This document shows, piece after piece, positions 42,002-48,522 of a DNA stretch of 48,522 bases. Source of the DNA: Desulfocapsa sp. GTDB taxonomy: Bacteria > Desulfobacterota > Desulfobulbia > Desulfobulbales > CG2-30-60-27. A model generated the notes under the pieces. It ran no database searches. It was not told the origin of the DNA and was given only the letters and a program-made list of their open reading frames with translations. The stretch's first letter is position 1, and each line of letters opens with the position of its first letter. The stretch is taken from the NCBI GenBank assembly GCA_020717925.1, contig DYDL01000001.1:1-48522 (forward strand). Direction: 5' to 3'. Position numbers and translations under genes: made by a program.

Positions 42002-42115
42002 ATGAAAGTAAGAGCTTCGGTGAAGAAAATGTGCACAGACTGCCGGGTCTTCAAGCGGAAGGGTGTAGTGCGCGTTTCATGCAAAATCAAGAAACACAAG
42101 CAGCGGCAGGGATGA
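42002..42115 (+). CDS. rpmJ: 50S ribosomal protein L36 (Zn-binding C+ form)
   Basis: Translated by hand: [37 protein letters not shown] (37 aa). Confidence 0.95.
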   Translation: MKVRASVKKMCTDCRVFKRKGVVRVSCKIKKHKQRQG

Positions 42116-42143
42116 TTCCCGGGCGCGATTCTGGAGGACGACC

Positions 42144-42509
42144 TTGGCACGTATAGCTGGTATCGATCTACCCAAGGGCAAGCACATGGAGATTGCCCTG
42201 ACCTATATCCATGGAATCGGCCGCACTTCGGCGCGCAAGATCCTGGAGAGGGCCAATCTTGCCTTCAACATGAAGAGCGACGACCTGACCGACAACGATG
42301 TGACCGCCATTCGTAAGATCATCGAAGGTGATTTCGCCGTTGAGGGTGATCGCCGGCGCGAGGTGGCCATGGACATCAAACGGCTCATGGATCTCGGCTG
42401 CTATCGTGGCCTGCGGCACCGCAAGGGGCTGCCGGTCAACGGACAGCGGACCAAAACCAACGCCCGTACCAGGAAGGGTCCGAGACGCGGTGCTGGAGCG
42501 CGTCGGTAA
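42144..42509 (+). CDS. rpsM: 30S ribosomal protein S13
   Basis: TTG start 6 nt after GGAGGA. (M)[33 protein letters not shown]. Confidence 0.97.
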   Translation: MARIAGIDLPKGKHMEIALTYIHGIGRTSARKILERANLAFNMKSDDLTDNDVTAIRKIIEGDFAVEGDRRREVAMDIKRLMDLGCYRGLRHRKGLPVNGQRTKTNARTRKGPRRGAGARR

Positions 42510-42572
42510 CAATCATCTCTCTTCACGCGTGGGAAAACCCCTTCGCATGAAAATCGTTTTTAGGAGAATGTC

Positions 42573-42965
42573 ATGGCAGGTCCGAAGGCACGTCGCGTTA
42601 AGCGCAAGGAAAAGAAACATGTCCCTGAGGGCATTGTTCATATCCGTTCCACCTTCAACAATACCATCATCACCTTCAGTGACCGGCAGGGGAATGTGAT
42701 TTCCTGGTGCAGTTCCGGGGTGCTGGGGTTTAAAGGGTCGCGGAAAAGCACGCCTTTTGCCGCTCAGAATGCCGTTGACGCTGCCGCCAAAAAGGCGATG
42801 GAGAACGGTATGCGCAAGGTTGAGGTCCGGGTTAAGGGCCCTGGCCCTGGCCGTGAGTCGGCGATGCGCGCCTTGCAGGGGGCTGGCCTGGAGGTCAGTG
42901 TCATCCGCGACATTACGCCTCTTCCCCATAACGGCTGCAAGCCCCCCAAGCGACGGCGGGTCTAA
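42573..42965 (+). CDS. rpsK: 30S ribosomal protein S11
   Basis: 130 aa. ...[30 protein letters not shown]...[13 protein letters not shown]. Confidence 0.98.
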   Translation: MAGPKARRVKRKEKKHVPEGIVHIRSTFNNTIITFSDRQGNVISWCSSGVLGFKGSRKSTPFAAQNAVDAAAKKAMENGMRKVEVRVKGPGPGRESAMRALQGAGLEVSVIRDITPLPHNGCKPPKRRRV

Positions 42966-43026
42966 CGGCAACGGGTGTTTGGCGGGCGATTTTATTTACT
43001 GGTAAAACAGGTACGGAGGTAAAGCA

Positions 43027-43656
43027 TTGGCCAGATATACAGGGGCTGTGTGCCGGCAGTGTCGGCGGGAAAAGCTCAAACTGTTTCTCAAAGGGGATCG
43101 GTGCTATTCCGACAAATGTGCCTTTGAACGACGGGCATTTCCGCCTGGGCAGCACGGTCAGGCGCGGGTACGCAAGGTTTCCGACTATGCCATTCAGTTG
43201 CGGGAAAAGCAGAAAGTGCGTCGCATCTATGGCATGATGGAAGGGCAGTTCCGTCAGTTCTTCGAGAGGGCGGAGCGGGCCAAGGGCGTTACCGGTGAAA
43301 ACCTGTTGGTGTTCCTGGAGCGGCGGCTGGACAATGTCGTGTATCGTATGGGTTTCGCCAGTTCCAGGAGCCAGGCCCGCCAAATCGTCCGGCACAACCA
43401 TATGATGGTGAACGACAGGATGGTCAACATTCCTTCCTTCCTGGTGAAGGCAGGCGACGTACTGACGGTCAAGGAAAAGAGCCGGAAGATCGAGACCATC
43501 AACGATAGCTTGGAAGCCGTGGTGCGGCGGGGTGTGCCGGCCTGGGTTGAACTGGACAAAGAGAATTACAAGGCCAAGGTTAAATCACTGCCCAGCCGGG
43601 AAGAGATTACCATGCCAATCCATGAGCAGCTCATCGTGGAATTGTATTCCAAATAA
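43027..43656 (+). CDS. rpsD: 30S ribosomal protein S4
   Basis: TTG start. (M)[35 protein letters not shown] (Cys4 N-terminal knuckle), 209 aa. Confidence 0.97.
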   Translation: MARYTGAVCRQCRREKLKLFLKGDRCYSDKCAFERRAFPPGQHGQARVRKVSDYAIQLREKQKVRRIYGMMEGQFRQFFERAERAKGVTGENLLVFLERRLDNVVYRMGFASSRSQARQIVRHNHMMVNDRMVNIPSFLVKAGDVLTVKEKSRKIETINDSLEAVVRRGVPAWVELDKENYKAKVKSLPSREEITMPIHEQLIVELYSK

Positions 43657-43788
43657 AACTGATGACTTCTTTGCATATGAACGATTTCCGTCCGTTGCAG
43701 CCTTAGCAGAAAGCGCAAACGGTCATTGCGTCTGAATCATTTTTCCCCAGCATGGGGCATAATACGATTTCGACAATAAAGGTCTCCC

Positions 43789-44865
43789 ATGGAAAAAGAG
43801 CAAGTCATCTCCACCGAGAAAGCACCTTTCTACCGCAATTGGCATGAGTTGATTGTCCCGGATCGGGTGGTTTTGGATCAGGAAAGCCATGCGGCGAGCT
43901 ACTGCAAGTTTGTGGTGCAGCCCATGGAGCGTGGTTTTGCCACCACTATCGGTAACTCCCTGCGGCGCATCCTGCTCTCCTCTATCCAGGGGGCGGCCAT
44001 CACCTCGATTAAGGTCGAGGGGGCCAAGCACGAGTTGTCCACCATGCCGGGCATTCTTGAAGATGTTACGGAAATCATCCTGAACCTGAAGGAAGTCCGT
44101 CTCAAGCTCAAGGGCGCCGAGGCGCAGACCATCACCATTGACAAGAGCGAACCAGGTCCGGTGCTGGCCAGGGACTTGAATCTTGGTAATTTCGTGGAGG
44201 TCATGAATCCGGACAAGCACATCTGCACCATCACTGGTGATGATGGCCGTTTTACCGGCGAATTCCGGGTTGAATGGGGTAAGGGCTATGCGCCGGCGGA
44301 AAAGCACAAACCCGAAGAGCAGGTTATCGGCGTTATCCCCATTGATGCGATTTTTACCCCCATCACCAAGGTGACCTGTCTAACCAGCCAGGCGCGTGTC
44401 GGACAGCAGACCGATTACGACAAGTTGACCATGGAGGTTTATACCGACGGGTCGATCAGGCCTGAGGATGCCTTGGCCTTTGCCGCCAAGATTTTGAAGG
44501 AGCAGATGCAGGTCTTTATCAATTTCGATGAAGACAAGGTTGAGCCGGCGCCCGAGACCCTGCAAGAAAAACATGCCGCGCCGATCAATGATAACCTGTG
44601 CCGCAGTGTCGAGGATCTGGAGCTATCCGTACGATCCGCCAACTGCCTGCGTAACGCCAATATCCGCTATATCGGTGAGTTGGTGCAGCGCACCGAGGCC
44701 GAGATGCTGAAGACCAAGAATTTTGGCCGCAAGTCACTTAATGAAATCAAGCAGTTGCTCTCCGAGATGGATCTTTCCCTGGGTCTGAAGCTGGACCATT
44801 GGGAGGCGCCTGCCGAGGGCACTGTTGTCGCTGTTGCCGTTCCCCTTGTTGAAGATAATGATTAG
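43789..44865 (+). CDS. rpoA: DNA-directed RNA polymerase subunit alpha
   Basis: 358 aa. ...[27 protein letters not shown].... C-terminal domain [20 protein letters not shown]. The N-terminus is about 14 aa longer than usual, so the start is somewhat uncertain. Confidence 0.95.
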   Translation: MEKEQVISTEKAPFYRNWHELIVPDRVVLDQESHAASYCKFVVQPMERGFATTIGNSLRRILLSSIQGAAITSIKVEGAKHELSTMPGILEDVTEIILNLKEVRLKLKGAEAQTITIDKSEPGPVLARDLNLGNFVEVMNPDKHICTITGDDGRFTGEFRVEWGKGYAPAEKHKPEEQVIGVIPIDAIFTPITKVTCLTSQARVGQQTDYDKLTMEVYTDGSIRPEDALAFAAKILKEQMQVFINFDEDKVEPAPETLQEKHAAPINDNLCRSVEDLELSVRSANCLRNANIRYIGELVQRTEAEMLKTKNFGRKSLNEIKQLLSEMDLSLGLKLDHWEAPAEGTVVAVAVPLVEDND

Positions 44866-44885
44866 AACCCGGTACGAGGTTTGTT

Positions 44886-45269
44886 ATGAGGCATAAGAGA
44901 ACAGGAAGAAGGCTGGGACGTACCACATCACACCGCAAGGCGATGGTGCGCAACATGGTGACCGCGCTGCTGGAGCACGAGCGGATTGTGACCACGGTGC
45001 CCAAGGCCAAGGAGTTGCGCAAGGTGGCGGATGGCATGATCACCCTGGCCAAGCGTGGTGACCTGCATGCCCGGCGCCAGGCTTTGGCTGTCATTCAGGA
45101 TAAGAAGGTGGTGGCCAAGCTTTTTACCGACCTGCGCGGTCAGTACATGGAACGTAACGGCGGTTACACCCGCATCATCCAGACGGGCAACCGAATTGGC
45201 GATGCCGCGCCCATGGCCATCCTGGAGTTGACCAATTATCAGGAGGCCGCGGGGCAGAAAGACGCCTGA
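44886..45269 (+). CDS. rplQ: 50S ribosomal protein L17
   Basis: 127 aa. [37 protein letters not shown]. Confidence 0.98.
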   Translation: MRHKRTGRRLGRTTSHRKAMVRNMVTALLEHERIVTTVPKAKELRKVADGMITLAKRGDLHARRQALAVIQDKKVVAKLFTDLRGQYMERNGGYTRIIQTGNRIGDAAPMAILELTNYQEAAGQKDA

Positions 45270-45293
45270 CACGGTGCATCGACCCTTGTTGTC

Positions 45294-45335
45294 AAAAGGT
45301 TGATATGATTGATTTCATATCAACCTTTTTTCTTT
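45294..45335 (+). terminator. Strong intrinsic terminator of the alpha operon
   Basis: Perfect 15-bp stem AAAAGGTTGATATGA (45294-45308) / TCATATCAACCTTTT (45315-45329), a 6-nt loop, then a T-rich tail TTCTTT. Confidence 0.85.
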
Positions 45336-45410
45336 GGGACTACCGTCTTGGCTCTTGGTGTTTTAGATGAAGTTTTGCAGCAGCGCGCAACAGTGGGACA
45401 GGACAGGGTG

Positions 45411-45620
45411 ATGGAAATAATTTGCAACGGCGTCAAAACAGCACTGGACGCTGAGATCAGCCTGGCCACGTTTCTTCGTGGTAAAGGGCTGAACCCCGAT
45501 ACCGTGGCCGTGGAGTGCGACGGCGTTATCCAGGCGCGTGAAACTTATGAAGGCATGCGGTTGCGGGAGGGTATGGTATTGGAAGTGATACGTTTCGTTG
45601 GGGGCGGTGCATCATGCTGA
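45411..45620 (+). CDS. thiS: ThiS-type sulfur-carrier protein, with 3 residues after the GGG terminus
   Basis: [69 protein letters not shown]. Lies immediately upstream of and overlaps thiG. The track start at 45309 lies inside the rplQ terminator hairpin. Confidence 0.85.
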   Translation: MEIICNGVKTALDAEISLATFLRGKGLNPDTVAVECDGVIQARETYEGMRLREGMVLEVIRFVGGGASC

Positions 45621-46381
45621 CCATTGCCGGTCGTATCTTTTCCTCCCGCCTGATCGTCGGTACTGGCAAATTCCCCTCCTCGGCCCTGATGCGGGCGGCT
45701 ATCGAGGCCTCTGGCGCCGAGATGGTCACTGTTGCCCTGCGCCGGGTCGATCTGAATGACCCGGGCGATGACCTCATGACCATGCTCGACCGGCACCAAT
45801 ATGTGTTTCTGCCCAATACCTCTGGCGCAAGAAACGCCGACGAAGCGGTGCGGCTTGCCCGTCTGGCCCGGGCGGCTGGCGCCGGGGAGTGGCTCAAGCT
45901 GGAGGTTACCCCCGACCCCCGTACCCTGTTGCCCGATCCGGTGGAAACCTTGAAGGCCACCGAGGTGTTGGTGAAGGAAGGCTTCATTGTGCTGCCGTAC
46001 ATGAACGCCGACCCCATTCTTGCCCAGCATCTGCAGGAGGCAGGGGCGGCCGCGGTCATGCCGCTCGGTTCGCTGATCGGCACCAATCAGGGGTTGCTTA
46101 CCCGTTTTCAACTGGAGATCATCATCGCGCAGGCGAGGGTGCCGGTGGTGGTGGACGCCGGCCTTGGGGCGCCCTCTCATGCGGCCCAGGCCATGGAAAT
46201 GGGTGCCGACGCCGTCCTGATCAATACCGCCATTGCCGTGTCTGGCGACCCGGTGCGCATGGCCCAAGCCTTTGCCGCCGCTGTCAAGGCTGGACGGGAT
46301 GCCTTTGAGGCTGGCCTGGGTGTATCCGGCCCGGTTGCCGCTGCCTCTTCCCCGCAGGCAGGTCTTGATTTCCTGCGGTGA
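45614..46381 (+). CDS. thiG: Thiazole synthase
   Basis: 255 aa. [20 protein letters not shown]...[18 protein letters not shown]...KLEV.PD...LPDP...[14 protein letters not shown]. Confidence 0.95.
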   Translation: MLTIAGRIFSSRLIVGTGKFPSSALMRAAIEASGAEMVTVALRRVDLNDPGDDLMTMLDRHQYVFLPNTSGARNADEAVRLARLARAAGAGEWLKLEVTPDPRTLLPDPVETLKATEVLVKEGFIVLPYMNADPILAQHLQEAGAAAVMPLGSLIGTNQGLLTRFQLEIIIAQARVPVVVDAGLGAPSHAAQAMEMGADAVLINTAIAVSGDPVRMAQAFAAAVKAGRDAFEAGLGVSGPVAAASSPQAGLDFLR

Positions 46382-47511
46382 GCGCCATGGATTTCCCCCC
46401 GCTGTTCAATGATCTGCAGGCGCGCCTTGCGGCGGTAACTGTCCGGGAGGTTGAACGATCCCTGGCCGCCGAGCGTCTTGATGTCGCAGGGCTGATCGCC
46501 CTGCTGTCGCCGGCTGCCGATGACATGCTGCCCCCCATGGCTAAACGCTCGGCCGCCATCACCCGGCAGCGCTTCGGCTCGACCATGCAACTCTACGCCC
46601 CGCTTTACCTCTCCAACCTGTGCCAAAACCGCTGTCTGTATTGCGGCTTTTCCGCCGACAACCGGATTGAGCGTCGCATACTGACGATTGAGGAAGCCGA
46701 GGCCGAGGCCGCTATCCTGCACGACCGTGGCTTTAGTCATATCCTGCTGGTGGCTGGCGAGGCCCCGGGCCGGCTAGGGGTTGATTACCTGGAGGAGTTG
46801 GCCTTAAGACTGCGTGACAAGTTTGCGGCCGTGTCCATGGAGGTGCAGCCCCTGTCCACCCTTGAGTATGCCAGGTTGTTCCGGGCCGGTATCACCGCCG
46901 TGGCCGTGTATCAGGAAACCTATGACCGGGAAATCTATGCCAGCCTGCATCCAGCAGGCCCAAAACGTGACTTTGATTTCCGGTTGGGTACCCCGGCCCG
47001 GGCCGCCGCGGCCGGGATGCGCGAGGTTGGCATCGGCGCCCTGCTTGGTTTGGCGGACTGGCGCGCCGAGGGCGTGGCCCTGGCCCTGCATCTCGCCTGG
47101 TTGCGCCAACGCTTCTGGCAGACCTCCTTTACCGTTTCCTTTCCCAGGCTGCGGCCGGCGGAGGGGGGCTTTGCGCCCCTGGCGCCGGTGACGGAGCGCG
47201 ACCTGGCCCAGTTGCTCTTTGCCATGCGTCTCTTTGACCATGATGTCGGGCTGCTCCTCTCCACCCGCGAGGAGGCGCGTTTCCGCGACGGCATGCTGGG
47301 GTTTGGGCCGACCCGTTATTCGGCCGGCTCCTGTACCGCGCCTGGCGGTTACGGTAACCCGGCGCTGTCCGGTGAGCAGTTTGCCGTTGGTGACCACCGC
47401 TCGCTGGCCGAGGTGAGCGCCATGATCCGTCAGCATGGTTTCGACCCGGTGCGCAAGGATTGGGATTCCTCCTTCCAGCAGGCGGTGGCCCAAGGCAGCC
47501 AGGCTGCCTGA
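46378..47511 (+). CDS. thiH: 2-iminoacetate synthase (radical SAM tyrosine lyase)
   Basis: 377 aa. Radical-SAM [10 protein letters not shown]. The thiSGH order fits. GTG 46378 overlaps the thiG stop; ATG 46387 is an alternative start. Confidence 0.9.
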   Translation: MSAMDFPPLFNDLQARLAAVTVREVERSLAAERLDVAGLIALLSPAADDMLPPMAKRSAAITRQRFGSTMQLYAPLYLSNLCQNRCLYCGFSADNRIERRILTIEEAEAEAAILHDRGFSHILLVAGEAPGRLGVDYLEELALRLRDKFAAVSMEVQPLSTLEYARLFRAGITAVAVYQETYDREIYASLHPAGPKRDFDFRLGTPARAAAAGMREVGIGALLGLADWRAEGVALALHLAWLRQRFWQTSFTVSFPRLRPAEGGFAPLAPVTERDLAQLLFAMRLFDHDVGLLLSTREEARFRDGMLGFGPTRYSAGSCTAPGGYGNPALSGEQFAVGDHRSLAEVSAMIRQHGFDPVRKDWDSSFQQAVAQGSQAA

Positions 47512-47558
47512 AGCGAAAAAAGGTTTTCCGTTGTCGGCGGGCATGTTATGAAAAAGCG

Positions 47559-47648
47559 ATAAGGCTCAGGTAGATAGTCTGTAGCTGTTTAGCCTGTTAG
47601 CTTTTAATTATTACCTAACAGTCTACAGACTAATAGACTAGCAACCTG
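47559..47648. repeat. Palindromic intergenic repeat, copy B (compound hairpin)
   Basis: ATAAGGCT 47559-47566. Outer arms TAGTCTGTAG 47575-47584 / CTACAGACTA 47623-47632. TGTTTAG 47586-47592. Inner arms CTGTTAG 47594-47600 / CTAACAG 47615-47621. AGCAACCTG 47640-47648. Confidence 0.6.
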
Positions 47649-47667
47649 GCTAAATCAAGGAGACCAT

Positions 47668-48522
47668 ATGGCTACGCAAGATCTAAAAAAGATGTATACC
47701 ACCATCCTCGGGGATCACTTCCCCATGGAGATGACCATTGCCTTTGGCGACCAGACCCTGGTGTACCGTAAGCGGACCTGGAAGATCGTGGCCGAGGATG
47801 GCACGGTGGATGAGCGGGGCGTGCGCTACGGCGAGAACCCGGACCAGGAGGCGGCCCTTTACGAACTGGTGAACGGCAATCTGACGCTGGGTGACTGTCG
47901 CTATATCGAGCCGGGCAACGGCCTGGTAAGCGGCATTAGCGTAGCGGATATGCTACAGGTGGGCAAGCATCCCGGTAAGATCAACCTCACCGACATCGAC
48001 AATGGCCTGAACATCATCAAGTATCTCATGGGGCGGCCGGCAGCCGTCATCCTCAAGCACAACAACCCTTGCGGTGCCGCTTACGGCGACACCCTGGCCC
48101 AGGCCTTTAACCGGGCAAACCGGGCCGACCGCATCGCCGCCTTCGGAGGCGCCGTGGTCTTGAACCGCGCCTGCGACCTTGCCACGGCCGAGCTCTTGAG
48201 CCAGAACTACCTCGAGGTGGTTTGCGCCCCGGAGTTCGAGGCCGGCACCCTGGAGATCCTGGCCGCCCGCAAAAACCTGCGCGTGGTGCGCATGGCCCGC
48301 ATCGACCGGCTGGCAGACTTTGAAAAGTACCGGTATGTGGACTTCAAGAGCCTCATTGACGGAGGCATCATTGCCCAGCAGTCGGCGGTGAACTCCATCC
48401 GCACCGTGGCTGCTTTGAAACCGGCGGTCACCACCTGGAAAGGCAAGGAGTACCGGGTGGAGCGCGAGCCCAGTCAGCAGGAGATCGACGACATGATCTT
48501 TGGCTGGGCCGTGGAACATGGC
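47668..48522 (+). CDS. purH: AICAR transformylase (PurH AICARFT domain only; partial, runs off window end)
   Basis: Translated by hand (not in the track because no stop is reached): MATQDLKKMYTT...RGVRYGENPDQEAALYE...AVILKHNNPCGAAYG...DRIAAFGGAVVLNR...LEVVCAPEF...ARKNLRVV. AAGGAG lies 7 nt before the ATG. Only about 53 residues precede YGENP, which leaves no room for an IMPCH/MGS domain. Confidence 0.85.
   Translation, partial: MATQDLKKMYTTILGDHFPMEMTIAFGDQTLVYRKRTWKIVAEDGTVDERGVRYGENPDQEAALYELVNGNLTLGDCRYIEPGNGLVSGISVADMLQVGKHPGKINLTDIDNGLNIIKYLMGRPAAVILKHNNPCGAAYGDTLAQAFNRANRADRIAAFGGAVVLNRACDLATAELLSQNYLEVVCAPEFEAGTLEILAARKNLRVVRMARIDRLADFEKYRYVDFKSLIDGGIIAQQSAVNSIRTVAALKPAVTTWKGKEYRVEREPSQQEIDDMIFGWAVEHG

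Noticed and set aside
45336-45410. Possible TPP riboswitch in front of thiS.
   Set aside because: Only about 75 nt is available, and none of the conserved THI-box elements (CTGAGA, pyrimidine and pyrophosphate helices) were seen by eye. This should still be confirmed with a covariance model.
47512-47667. Possible ZTP or purine riboswitch in front of purH.
   Set aside because: No CCGCCTGGGC-like 3' subdomain or GGGTCGTG-like 5' subdomain (ZTP), and no purine-riboswitch loop-loop motifs. The interval is instead occupied by the palindromic repeat, which also occurs after qmoC and is unrelated to purine genes.

Overview
The window is almost entirely conserved core genome. From about 2.9 kb to the end, every gene I accept lies on the + strand. 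In order: (1) a left flank holding the partial 3' end of an ExeA/AAA_22-like ATPase, an orphan lipoprotein (-) and a YkgJ-type Cys-cluster protein (-); (2) aprBA-qmoABC, the dissimilatory APS reductase plus the Qmo complex, which points to a sulfate-reducing or sulfur-cycling anaerobe (genus not assignable by eye); (3) tRNA Thr(UGU)-Tyr-Gly-Thr(GGU)-tuf; (4) rpmG, tRNA-Trp, secE, nusG, rplKAJL, rpoBC; (5) rpsL-rpsG-fusA and a second tuf, running without a break into the S10, spc and alpha operons (rpsJ to rplQ, including secY, map, infA and rpmJ, with no adk); (6) thiSGH; (7) a partial AICAR-transformylase-only purH. I recovered three genes below the ORF-track length cutoff (rpmG, rpmD, rpmJ), five tRNAs, and the purH ORF that is open at the window end. 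I also corrected several over-extended ORF-track starts. I found no CRISPR array, mobile element, defence island or other convincing multi-gene novel system, so this is an ordinary housekeeping region. The signals most worth a second look are all modest. A short AT-rich palindromic repeat family sits at two operon ends, and a base change in one arm is compensated in the other. ThiS carries three residues (ASC) beyond its Gly-Gly terminus. The two tuf copies are near-identical (one inferred synonymous difference), 16.8 kb apart in direct orientation. The spc-region operons contain unusually long structured spacers. The YkgJ-like gene is divergently promoted next to aprBA. All functional calls come from reading motifs and gene order by eye; no database search was run.
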